This document shows, piece by piece, positions 7,547-16,384 of a stretch of 64,000 bases of DNA. The notes below the pieces were generated by a model. The model saw only the letters and a program-made list of their open reading frames with translations. It did no database searches and was not told the origin of the DNA. The position numbers and the translations under genes are program-made. The DNA lies in assembly GCA_964429815.1 (NCBI GenBank), contig CAYSCM010000001.1, positions 164,240 to 228,239 of the forward strand, written 5' to 3'. Numbering within the stretch: position 1 is the stretch's first letter; each line of letters opens with the position of its first letter. This DNA is from an uncultured Candidatus Saccharibacteria bacterium. GTDB lineage: Bacteria; Patescibacteriota; Minisyncoccia; Phycocordibacterales; CAYSCM01.

Positions 7547-8177
7547 TCAGCTTTGGCGTTCAAATTCTTCCTTAAGCGACCTGAGGAAGTTTGAACTTAT
7601 GATGGCCATCGAAACCATGAGGCCGTACAGGATGATGAAAGTTGTCACGGTCCAAAACGCTGACAGTGTTTTGCCAAAGATGGCCATCCATAGAAAATAG
7701 AAGGCCATCACAGCTACGAGACCACTGCCAATGTCAAGGTTGCGTAGCGTCAGTGGCCGGACCCGGTCGCATTCTTCGAAATATTTTGGTTCGCATTGCC
7801 CTCGTACGTAGAAGCGCGTGATGATCGCTATGACGGCTGAGGCGGTCATACTGATATACCACAGGGGTTCCTTGCCTATCAGCCAGCGCAATCGACACAT
7901 ACTCAAGGATTCCTAGCAGGTACGGAAAGACCGCGTCGAGAAAACTTGGTGTTTTCCTCATAATTATTAGCCACCAAGTATATTCAGTTACCACCAGAAG
8001 TATTGCAAGTATTGCGGTCATGCCTTCTAACATGAGAACTGTTGAGGTTGGCGATTCAGCTATTTTTAGTACGAGTCCACCAAGGGCGACACTTTGAATT
8101 ACGCCGATCGAACTGAGATAAGACCCTGCAAACATTTCCTCGGAACGTCTTCTGAATTCCGCTGCGTTTAAAGGCAT
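7547..8177 (-). pseudogene. frameshifted paralog of the 6569-7198 membrane protein (cassette 2)
   Basis: ORFs 7734..8177 and 7547..7906 together align with the intact paralog. The frame switches near 7881-7886 (ctggctgat). A single extra nucleotide explains it. An assembly error cannot be excluded. Confidence 0.6.
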
Positions 8178-8284
8178 CGATACCTCCTTAGATCAGATTC
8201 GGGGCAAGTTTACAGGAAATATTGTAAAAATCAATAAATGTGATATAACTGGCTTGAAAGTTCTACTTCTTATTGGAGGTATCC

Positions 8285-8392
8285 ATGGCCCGTGAATCCA
8301 AAGGTTTCTGGCAAACCTGGGAAGCTCCTATTGGGGCTGCACTTATGCTCCTGGTACCCGCCATAGTGTTGGTTCTACTCATCAAATGGTGA
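8285..8392 (+). CDS. 35-aa single-TM peptide (MARESKGFWQTWEAPIGAALMLLVPAIVLVLLIKW)
   Basis: GGAGG Shine-Dalgarno, TTGTAA-16nt-TATAAC promoter-like site, downstream hairpin aggccc...gggcct plus T-run. Shares the GFW-x2-W motif with the 7315 peptide. Confidence 0.5.
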   Translation: MARESKGFWQTWEAPIGAALMLLVPAIVLVLLIKW

Positions 8393-8449
8393 GGAAAACG
8401 AAACCAACTCGAAGAGGCCCGTCGCTTCAGCTGGGCCTTTTCTTTTTTA

Positions 8450-9157
8450 TTAAATCGATAAAATAAATTGCTCAAGCGCGACGGGGAGTTCGTGTTCTCC
8501 GCGACGAGCGTCGTGGTAGAGGCGGACAAGCTCGTGGGAGAGTGTCAAAAGCTCTTCTCGCGTGTAATTTTTCGCAAAACTATGTGCTTTTGAAAATACA
8601 AACGGCGAAAGCCCGCTCTCTTTGGCATTTTTCGAGGCGCTCGCGAGGAGCATCCCTTTCACGATCCAAAAGAGCATTCCGTGAAGCTGCTCCTCCTCGG
8701 CGCCGGTTGCCCGCGCCTTTTGATACAAGACCCAGGCATTTTTCCGATCACGGCGACCGAGGGCGTCAGTGAACGCAAACACGTCAAACGATTCCTTCTT
8801 TCCCTTCGGCAACTCAACGATTTCTACTTTTTCTGCATGCCTTTCGATCTTTTTTTTAAGTTCGGCCTTGGGTTTGCTCTGAAGCACGATAAAAATATTT
8901 TCCGACTGCGCAAAATCAGCGATCTTCTCAGCAACAGACCCATCGGCCTCCTCTAAAAGTTCATCGAGGACAATCACAATTTTGTCGTGAAAGAGGTCCT
9001 GCGCACCCGCGTATTCTTCAAGCCTTCCGCTCTCAAGATCCTCGGGGGTTATGCGCACGATGGATGGCTCATCGTAGCGACGACTCAGCCCTTCGGTGAG
9101 GGTATCGAGTTTTTCGAGCGCTTTCGCACGGTCATTGCCAATAATTGCGTAGAACAT
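8450..9157 (-). CDS. holA: DNA polymerase III delta subunit (HolA)-like protein
   Basis: Size, position next to polA, and weak family resemblance (MFYAIIGNDRAKALEKL..., helical C-terminal half). No strong motif. Confidence 0.45.
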   Translation of the reverse strand: MFYAIIGNDRAKALEKLDTLTEGLSRRYDEPSIVRITPEDLESGRLEEYAGAQDLFHDKIVIVLDELLEEADGSVAEKIADFAQSENIFIVLQSKPKAELKKKIERHAEKVEIVELPKGKKESFDVFAFTDALGRRDRKNAWVLYQKARATGAEEEQLHGMLFWIVKGMLLASASKNAKESGLSPFVFSKAHSFAKNYTREELLTLSHELVRLYHDARRGEHELPVALEQFILSI

Positions 9158-9158
9158 A

Positions 9159-9581
9159 CTAGTAGCAAAGATTTATACACTCTTCCAAATCACCAATAAG
9201 TGGCAGACCCTTTGCCGCCGTTGGCTTAACCCAGCGAAATGCTTTGTGAGATTTCGGATCGATAACAATCTCTTCGGAGGGAGCACGGAGCTTATACATG
9301 TGATAGCAAAAATCGTACTCCGGATACGAAACAAAGACTTCCTGTATAAACTGCAGAGCATCGCCCGGCACGATCATGCCCGTCTCTTCCTTAAGCTCAC
9401 GCCTCAGTGCGTCGACGATTGATTCTCCCTTTTCTCGCTTGCCGGCAGGAACGCCCCAGGTGTTTCCTTGGGGCTTAGTATCCTGCCGCAGGAGGAGTAA
9501 AATTTTTCCCCTGTTTTCCACAAAACAAGAGACAACATCAAAGAGAGGGTCGAATGTTTTTGGTTTTTCTATATAGAGCAT
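9159..9581 (-). CDS. NUDIX hydrolase
   Basis: Nudix box GKREKGESIVDALRRELKEETGM. Confidence 0.85.
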   Translation of the reverse strand: MLYIEKPKTFDPLFDVVSCFVENRGKILLLLRQDTKPQGNTWGVPAGKREKGESIVDALRRELKEETGMIVPGDALQFIQEVFVSYPEYDFCYHMYKLRAPSEEIVIDPKSHKAFRWVKPTAAKGLPLIGDLEECINLCY

Positions 9582-11989
9582 CAGAGTTTAATTTTTTGAA
9601 GCTCTCCCCACGAGCGACCACTGTGCGGCACTGCTTCAAAAAGAATGCCGCTTGTTTCTTTGCGAGGAAGAATGTTTTCCATTACTTCTTTAATTGCCTT
9701 TGCGATTGCCTTTACTTTTTTTTCTTCAACTTCGTAGACCAATTCATCGTGCACCTGAAGAAGAAGGTGCGCTGCACTGGCTTCCCCCATATCCTTAAGC
9801 TTCTCCTCCCCTTTGATCATGGCGAGCTTTACGATATCGGCCTCCGTTCCCTGGATGGGGGCATTTATGGCCATGCGTTCGGCTTGTGCGCGGATATAGG
9901 GAAGCGGTGATTTGAGCCCGGCAAAATAGCGTCGGCGACCGTAGTAGGTCTCAGTATAGCCCTTACGCTCTGCATCGGCCTTGGTGTGGTCGAGGTAGCG
10001 CGCAAGAGTCGCAAAGTTTTTGAAATATTCGTTGAGAAACTTCTGCGCTTCAGCGCGGTCGGTGCCGAGGTTAGCGCGAAGCGCATTGACGCCCATACCG
10101 TAGAGAATGCCGAAGTTGATGACCTTTGCACGACGGCGCATTTCATAGTCCACCTGCTCCTCGGGAACATTAAACACCTGCGCCGCGACTACTGCGTGGA
10201 CATCCCTCCCCGAGCGGAAAATATCGGTGAGCTTTTCATCCCCCGAGAGCCATGCCGCAATGCGAAGCTCGATTTGTGAATAGTCGAAGGTGAGCAGTTT
10301 ATAGCCGGATGGAGCGATGAACGCATGGCGTATCGCGCGCCCTAAATCGCTACGTATCGGTATGTTTTGAAGACCAGGATCCTTGGTGGCCATACGACCC
10401 GTGGCGGACCCGGCTTGAAGAAAGGTCGTATGAATGCGACTTTCCCTGTCGGCAAGCTCGGGCATGGCATCGATGTAGGTGCCGAGGAGTTTGGCGAGTT
10501 CACGGTACGAGAGAATTTCGCCAATGATCGCGTGCTCCTCGCGAAGCTTCTCGAGTTCCGATTCCTTGGTCGTGCGCTGTCCTCCTGCGGTTTTCTTGTG
10601 ATTCTTGAGCGCGAGGCCGAGCTTGTCGAAGAGAATGACGCCGAGCTGCCGCGGCGAGTTAATGTTAAATTCCTCGCCCGCGAGTTTGTAGATCTTCTTG
10701 CCGAGCGTGTCGAGCTCGTGGTGGTACTCCTTTGAAAGTTTTTTGAGGTACGGGATATCAATAAGAACACCGCGCGCCTCCATCTTCTCAAGAATCGGTA
10801 TGAGCGGCTCTTCGATTTCTTTGTATACCTTCTCGAGCTTTTGTTTTTTGAGCTCCGTAAAGATTTTTTCCTTGGCCTCCGAAAATTTTTTCGTCTTACC
10901 GTAGAGAAGGATGTCATCAAGTGTAGGATTGGTGATGTCGGAGTTGAGGAGCCACAGCGCAACCGCCGCGCGCTTTCGCTCGCCTGCCGCAACTTCTTCG
11001 GGAGCCTCTAGAGAGCCCTCCTCTGCCCCAGCCCCGTTGGTGAGGTCGAGCGTTTTGGTGCCGAAGAGCCCTTTTGCACGGGCAACGAGCGAGCGGAATT
11101 CGAAATCAGAGAGGGTGCGCGCAACCGTATCGAGGTCGAGATTTTCTCGGAAGGATTTTTCAGGAAGCTTCCAGGCGATCGGCGCATCGCGATGAATGGT
11201 CGCGAGCATTTTGCTAAACTGCGCCTCCTCCTCGTTCTCTTTCAAGATCTCTTGAATGCGCGGTGTTATGCCCACCTTGGAAAATTTGTCCGCAGATTTT
11301 TTGTCTTTGAGCGCCTTATAAACGCCGTCGACGGTGCCAAAATTTTTGATAAGTGCTGTTGCGGTCTTCTCCCCGATGCCGCGCACGCCCACAATGTTGT
11401 CAGAGGGATCACCACGGAGCCCTTTATAGTCGGGAAGTTGCTCCGGCGAGAAGCCGAAACGCTCCACGACCGCGTCCTCATCGTAAAAGACTGTATCCTG
11501 GAGCCCTTTGCGCAGCGTAAAGACGCGCACGCGAGAGGTATCGACAAGCTGAAGCGTATCCATATCACCGGAGGCAATGACTACGTCGAGATTTTTCTCC
11601 TTCTTTAATTTTTCAGACAGTGTACCGAGAATGTCATCGGCCTCGAATCCTTCTTTTTCATAGATCGGAATCCCGAACGCCTCGAAAATCTCCCGCGAGC
11701 GCTTAATCTGAGAAATGAGGGCGGGATCGAGCTTCGGGCGCTTCGCTTTGTATTCCTTGTACGCCTCATGACGATAGGTGGGGCCCGGAAGATCGTAGGC
11801 GGCGACGATGTAGTCGGGTTTGAGCTCGGAGACGATACGCATCAAAAATGCCGCAAGCCCGTAGAGCGCACCCGTCGGCTCGCCTCTGCTCGTCGTGAAC
11901 TCCGGAAGGGCGTGGAAGGCGCGGTGGATGATGGCGTGCGTATCGAGGAGAACAATGCGTTTTTTTTCTTTTTTAGCGGTTTTCGGCAT
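9581..11989 (-). CDS. polA: DNA polymerase I
   Basis: 5' nuclease N-terminus (RIVLLDTHAIIHRAFHAL) and family A polymerase motifs (DYSQIELRIAA, QVHDELV). Start taken at ATG 11989 (MPKTAKKEKK), overlapping the tsaE end. Confidence 0.9.
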   Translation of the reverse strand: MPKTAKKEKKRIVLLDTHAIIHRAFHALPEFTTSRGEPTGALYGLAAFLMRIVSELKPDYIVAAYDLPGPTYRHEAYKEYKAKRPKLDPALISQIKRSREIFEAFGIPIYEKEGFEADDILGTLSEKLKKEKNLDVVIASGDMDTLQLVDTSRVRVFTLRKGLQDTVFYDEDAVVERFGFSPEQLPDYKGLRGDPSDNIVGVRGIGEKTATALIKNFGTVDGVYKALKDKKSADKFSKVGITPRIQEILKENEEEAQFSKMLATIHRDAPIAWKLPEKSFRENLDLDTVARTLSDFEFRSLVARAKGLFGTKTLDLTNGAGAEEGSLEAPEEVAAGERKRAAVALWLLNSDITNPTLDDILLYGKTKKFSEAKEKIFTELKKQKLEKVYKEIEEPLIPILEKMEARGVLIDIPYLKKLSKEYHHELDTLGKKIYKLAGEEFNINSPRQLGVILFDKLGLALKNHKKTAGGQRTTKESELEKLREEHAIIGEILSYRELAKLLGTYIDAMPELADRESRIHTTFLQAGSATGRMATKDPGLQNIPIRSDLGRAIRHAFIAPSGYKLLTFDYSQIELRIAAWLSGDEKLTDIFRSGRDVHAVVAAQVFNVPEEQVDYEMRRRAKVINFGILYGMGVNALRANLGTDRAEAQKFLNEYFKNFATLARYLDHTKADAERKGYTETYYGRRRYFAGLKSPLPYIRAQAERMAINAPIQGTEADIVKLAMIKGEEKLKDMGEASAAHLLLQVHDELVYEVEEKKVKAIAKAIKEVMENILPRKETSGILFEAVPHSGRSWGELQKIKL

Positions 11990-12419
11990 AGGAAATAGCG
12001 ATGTCGCGCGTGTGCTCATCGACAAAGGTAAAGGTGATGCGGTGCATTTCCTTCGGGAGCACTTCCGCAACCCGCTCAGGCCACTCTATCAAAATGAGAT
12101 TCTTCGGATCCGACAGAATTTCCTTCCACCCAAGTACCGCAAGCTCCTCTCCCCTCTCAAGACGATAGGCATCGATGTGGATGAGTCGATCGAAGGGGCG
12201 CTTTTCAAGCTTGTATATTTTTTCAATGACGAAGGTGGGGCTCGTGACGGACTCCTCTACGCCGTAGGCTTTCGCGATGAGTTGCACAAACGCCGTCTTT
12301 CCCGAGCCGAGCTGTCCCGAGAGACCGACGACCGTGGCACCGCCCTCTCGCGGCATAAGGAGCTGTAAAAAATTGCGCGCTATGTGGTCGGTTTCCTGGA
12401 GGCTGTCCGAGCGCTTCAT
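11973..12419 (-). CDS. tsaE: tRNA t6A37 biosynthesis ATPase TsaE
   Basis: GQLGSGKTAFVQ P-loop, SPTFVIEKIY, IDAYRL. Start at 12419, because the longer ORF would run through an upstream terminator. Confidence 0.8.
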   Translation of the reverse strand: MKRSDSLQETDHIARNFLQLLMPREGGATVVGLSGQLGSGKTAFVQLIAKAYGVEESVTSPTFVIEKIYKLEKRPFDRLIHIDAYRLERGEELAVLGWKEILSDPKNLILIEWPERVAEVLPKEMHRITFTFVDEHTRDIAISYAENR

Positions 12420-12454
12420 AGGGGTAATCTTCCACCAAAAGGCAAAAGAAGACA

Positions 12455-12490
12455 AAAGCGAAAACAAAAGGGCGCGCCGGAGGCGCGCCC
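12455..12490 (-). terminator. intrinsic terminator
   Basis: gggcgcgcc-gga-ggcgcgccc, followed on the minus strand by ttttgttttcgcttttg. Confidence 0.7.
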
Positions 12491-12509
12491 TTGATAAAAG
12501 AAGAGGGAG

Positions 12510-13001
12510 TTAAAGTTGGATATCCTTCTCCCTCTGGGGAGCCGGATCCGCAACGGGCGGCGTCGGTGCGTCTTCGGAGGTGGGAGGGGGCGGTTCGAAC
12601 TTGGGGACCACCCTCTTATCCGCTGGTGGCGCCTCGAAACGCGGTCGCGCTTCGGGCTCCCCCACGAACGGGATCCGCGGCTCTTCGAGCCGCGGATAGA
12701 ACCGCTGTGTGAAGCAGCTCTGGTTCCACCCACGGTTCGTGGCGGTGTCGTAACGCCGATTCCCTCGTTCGTCGAACCAACGGTTCGACGAACGGTTGTA
12801 GTTTTGGTAATCAGTACATTCCCCGCGGCGGTAGCTATCGCCGCGCCACGCTTCGTAGTCCCTCGTGATGGAGTTGGAGAAGCTCGTATTGGAAGAAACG
12901 AGCCATCCCTGATCCATCAGAAAGCCGTCGACCTGCTGGTCGAAGCCGCTGCACGCGCCGAGCAAAAGCGCGACGAGTGCGAGACAGAGAGTGCGAATCA
13001 T
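12510..13001 (-). CDS. lipoprotein of unknown function
   Basis: Internal ATG at 13001 with GAAGGAGA Shine-Dalgarno. Lipobox MIRTLCLALVALLLGAC. Pro-rich C-terminus. Confidence 0.6.
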   Translation of the reverse strand: MIRTLCLALVALLLGACSGFDQQVDGFLMDQGWLVSSNTSFSNSITRDYEAWRGDSYRRGECTDYQNYNRSSNRWFDERGNRRYDTATNRGWNQSCFTQRFYPRLEEPRIPFVGEPEARPRFEAPPADKRVVPKFEPPPPTSEDAPTPPVADPAPQREKDIQL

Positions 13002-13240
13002 CGATCGTCTCCTTCGAGGTCGAGGCCTGGCGCGAACTCCGCTTGGAACTGCTGCTCGGCGCGGTTGTAGAAGCCGTTGTCCTTCGGCAGCGGCGGGCGA
13101 CGTTCCATTGTAAGTTTCCTGCGTAAGCGCTTGAGGCGCCGTGCGGAGAACTTCTCGAACTCCTTCCGCCGCCTCGCCCGAATAAGGGGTGAGTAGGAGA
13201 TGGAGTCGAGAACGCGTTCCATATTTTCCTGCTTGCTCAT
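12998..13240 (-). CDS. small basic protein (80 aa), translationally coupled to the lipoprotein gene
   Basis: ATG 13240 after GGAGG. ATGA overlap with the downstream gene. MSKQENMERVLDSISYSPLIRARRRKEFEKF... Confidence 0.4.
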   Translation of the reverse strand: MSKQENMERVLDSISYSPLIRARRRKEFEKFSARRLKRLRRKLTMERRPPLPKDNGFYNRAEQQFQAEFAPGLDLEGDDR

Positions 13241-13349
13241 GTGAGCCTCCACTCTGCAAAGAAAAATCTGAGTCAACTAATAGCACATCTTGGCAATTTT
13301 GTCAATAATCCCCTTGGTGCGACCCTCGAAGCGCGCTACGATTAGGAGA

Positions 13350-15020
13350 ATGGCTGTTTTCAATGAGGATAAGGAGCTCCGGAAGCTCTCCGAGCTCCGG
13401 AGCAAAGAGGAAGAGGACCTCGCGCAGCTTCTCTCCCAGAAGTACGGCACGCTCTACGCGGACCTCACGCGCATGTCCATCAATACCGATGCCCTGCGTC
13501 TCATCAAGGAGACGGATGCGCGGGGCGGAAACATCGCCGCTTTTGCGATGGTGGGCAAGAAGCTCTCGGTCGCGGTAAAAAGCCCCCAGACGCTAAAGGT
13601 CGCGGAAATCCTCGAGGAGCTTAAAAAGCGGGGTTTCCTGGTAGACCTCTACATGGTCTCGATGCGAAGCCTCGAGCGCGCGTTTGAGCATTACAAAGAC
13701 CTCTCCTTCGCCACCGAGACCAAGGCGGGGGTGCTCGACATCTCTGGGGAGGAAATCCATCGGCTCCTCGCGGCCATCAAGAGCCTTGCCGACGCCAAGG
13801 GCCAGATCGAAGAACTCCTAAAACAGAAGAAGCTCTACCGCATCAGCCGCATCCTCGAAACGGTGCTTGCCGGCGGCCTCTCGACCGACGCCTCCGACGT
13901 CCACATCGAGCCGCAGGAGGCTGACGTACGTCTGCGGTTCCGCCTCGATGGCGTCCTCACCGACGTTCTCACCTTCGATCGCGAGACATATCAGCTCCTC
14001 CTCTCGCGCATAAAGCTCCTCTCCGGACTCAAATTGAACATCAAAGACGCCGCTCAGGACGGGCGCTTTTCAGTAAAGATAGAAGGGAGCGATATCGAAG
14101 TGCGCACTTCGATACTTCCGGGCGCGTACGGCGAGTCGATAGTGCTGCGCATCTTAAACCCCAACACGATAGGCGTCCCCATGGAGGAGCTCGGCATTCC
14201 AAAAAATCTCCACGTAATTTTGGAGCGAGAAATACGAAAGCCGAACGGCATGATACTCAACACCGGCCCCACGGGCTCGGGCAAAACGACGACGCTCTAC
14301 GCGTTCATGAAAAAGATCCACACGCCCGACATCAAGATAGTCACCATCGAGGACCCCATCGAATACCACCTTAAAGGTGTCGTGCAGACGCAGGTCGAGC
14401 CCAAGTCTTACACGTTCGCGCAGGGGTTGCGCAGCGCGCTGCGCCAAGACCCGGACGTCATTATGATCGGCGAAATTCGCGACGAGGAGGTCGCGGGGGT
14501 CGCCATCAACTCCTCCCTCACCGGACATCTGGTGTTCTCAACGCTCCACACCAACGACGCCGCCGGCGCATTCCCCCGCCTCATCGACCTCGACGTAAAC
14601 CCGAAAATTATCGGCTCGGCGGTCAACATCGTGATGGCGCAGCGCCTCGTGCGGCGGCTCTGTGAGCAGTGTCGAAGAGAAGTGAAGCTCACGGGAGAAG
14701 ACAAAAAACTCATCGAGGAAACCCTCAAAGGCATTGTCGACTCTTCGCTCGTGCCGAAAGAAAAACCGACCGCCTGGGAGGCGGTTGGCTGCGAGGCCTG
14801 TAACGGGAGCGGCTACCGAGGGCGCATCGGCATTTTCGAGGCGATCATCATGGATAAAGGCATCGAAGATAGAGTGGCTGCCTCGGCAAGCGAGCGTGAA
14901 CTAGCCGCGGAAGCGCGTCGACAGAAGATTCTTTCGATGAAAGAGGACGGCGTGCTTAAAGTTCTCTCGGGCGTAACGACGCTTCCCGAGCTTGAGCGAG
15001 TCATCGAAATCCGCGATTAG
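13350..15020 (+). CDS. pilB: type IV pilus / type II secretion family assembly ATPase (PilB/GspE)
   Basis: ATG 13350 after AGGAG. Walker A GPTGSGKTTT, Asp box, His box. C-terminal Cys cluster CEQC...CEACNGSGYRGRIGIFE. Confidence 0.85.
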   Translation: MAVFNEDKELRKLSELRSKEEEDLAQLLSQKYGTLYADLTRMSINTDALRLIKETDARGGNIAAFAMVGKKLSVAVKSPQTLKVAEILEELKKRGFLVDLYMVSMRSLERAFEHYKDLSFATETKAGVLDISGEEIHRLLAAIKSLADAKGQIEELLKQKKLYRISRILETVLAGGLSTDASDVHIEPQEADVRLRFRLDGVLTDVLTFDRETYQLLLSRIKLLSGLKLNIKDAAQDGRFSVKIEGSDIEVRTSILPGAYGESIVLRILNPNTIGVPMEELGIPKNLHVILEREIRKPNGMILNTGPTGSGKTTTLYAFMKKIHTPDIKIVTIEDPIEYHLKGVVQTQVEPKSYTFAQGLRSALRQDPDVIMIGEIRDEEVAGVAINSSLTGHLVFSTLHTNDAAGAFPRLIDLDVNPKIIGSAVNIVMAQRLVRRLCEQCRREVKLTGEDKKLIEETLKGIVDSSLVPKEKPTAWEAVGCEACNGSGYRGRIGIFEAIIMDKGIEDRVAASASERELAAEARRQKILSMKEDGVLKVLSGVTTLPELERVIEIRD

Positions 15021-15060
15021 TCAATTGAAATAGCCGCGTGGAAAGAGTAGCGTAAGGGAA

Positions 15061-15228
15061 GAGTTGAGAGCGCAACCCCCTAAGCAATACTTCTTCAACA
15101 TAAGCGAAGAAGTTGGAAACCTATCTAAGGATAGTCTCCGTACGCGCCATAAAGGGCGACCGAGGCGTCCTCGATTGGCACCAGAAAGCCTAAGAGACCT
15201 ATTGTTTAGGGGGCTGTGAGCTCAACTC
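15061..15228 (+). ncRNA. candidate structured RNA of unknown class (multi-helix)
   Basis: Closing helices gagttgag(15061-68)/ctcaactc(15221-28) and ccccctaagcaata(15076-89)/tattgtttaggggg(15200-13, one G-U). These enclose at least five local hairpins. See findings. Confidence 0.35.
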
Positions 15229-15301
15229 GCGCACGTTTTAAAAATACTTTCGCAAACGTATCGAAATCTGCGTGAAAAGACTCTAGCACGATATTAATAT
15301 T

Positions 15302-16342
15302 ATGTCAAGTAAGCGGGGCGCAGCAGAAAGCGGAAACCCCTCCCCCAAGGAGGAACGCCATCTCGACCAAACGCTACGGCCGACGAAGTTTTCCGAGTAC
15401 ATCGGCCAGAAGGCCGTTATGGAAAACCTCCGCATTCTCCTCACCGCGGCCAAGGAGCGCGAGCACCCACCGGAGCACCTTCTCTTTTATGGCCCACCGG
15501 GTCTTGGGAAGACGACGCTCGCACACCTCGTTGCCAAGGAGCTTGGCGTCGGATTTAAGACGACCTCAGGACCGGCGATTGAAAAGGTGGGCGATCTGGC
15601 CGCTATTCTCTCCAACCTCACGCCAAACGATATTCTCTTTATTGATGAGGTTCACCGCCTCAACAAAGCCATCGAAGAGGTCCTCTACCCCGCAATGGAA
15701 AGCGGCGTGCTTGACATCATTATAGGTAAAGGCCCCTCCGCGCGCACCATTCAACTGGAACTTCCTCCGTTCACACTCGTCGCGGCAACAACCCGCATCG
15801 CCGATCTCTCTGCCCCGCTGCGCTCTCGCTTTTCAGGCGGCATGTTCCGACTTGAGTTTTATACAGAAAAAGAAATCGAGGAGATTCTCGCGCGCTCGGC
15901 AGGCATTTTAGGGATCGCGCCTTCGCGGGAGTCACTCGCTGCGATCGCTTCACGCGCTCGCGCGACACCACGTACGGGCAACTACCTACTCAAGCGCGCC
16001 CGCGACTTCGCGCAGGTGCATAAGCGCGACCTCACGCCGCAGCTTGTCGCCGAAGCGCTCAACCTCCTCGGTATCGACGAGCTTGGTCTCACTCCGGCCG
16101 ATCGGCACGTGCTCACTACCCTCATCGATAAGTTTGGTGGGGGTCCTGTGGGACTTTCGACGATCGCTGCAGCAACCAGCGAAGAGGAGGCGACTATCGA
16201 GGAAGTCTACGAACCCTACCTTATTCAATTGGGACTTCTTGAGCGCACGCCGCGAGGGCGCAGGACCACAGCTCAGGGAGCCGCTCACATCGAAAAAGCG
16301 GCTCCGCGAGGGCGGCGCATGGGTCAGGGGAAGTTGGTGTAA
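15302..16342 (+). CDS. ruvB: Holliday junction branch migration helicase RuvB
   Basis: LLFYGPPGLGKTTLAHLVAKELG, DEVHRL, winged-helix C-terminus. Confidence 0.95.
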   Translation: MSSKRGAAESGNPSPKEERHLDQTLRPTKFSEYIGQKAVMENLRILLTAAKEREHPPEHLLFYGPPGLGKTTLAHLVAKELGVGFKTTSGPAIEKVGDLAAILSNLTPNDILFIDEVHRLNKAIEEVLYPAMESGVLDIIIGKGPSARTIQLELPPFTLVAATTRIADLSAPLRSRFSGGMFRLEFYTEKEIEEILARSAGILGIAPSRESLAAIASRARATPRTGNYLLKRARDFAQVHKRDLTPQLVAEALNLLGIDELGLTPADRHVLTTLIDKFGGGPVGLSTIAAATSEEEATIEEVYEPYLIQLGLLERTPRGRRTTAQGAAHIEKAAPRGRRMGQGKLV

Positions 16343-16384
16343 GCCTAGTTGAACGAGAGAGGAATTTCCGTATACTCTATTGCC

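Noticed and set aside
15036-15060. GGAAAGAGTAGCGTAAGGGAA upstream of the structured region resembles the GGGGAGUAGCG core of the yybP-ykoY manganese riboswitch. AAGAGACC near 15192 resembles its 3' conserved block.
   Set aside because: This is a partial match recalled from memory. The four-helix architecture could not be reproduced, and the downstream gene (ruvB) is not a metal transporter. It needs cmscan before any claim can be made.
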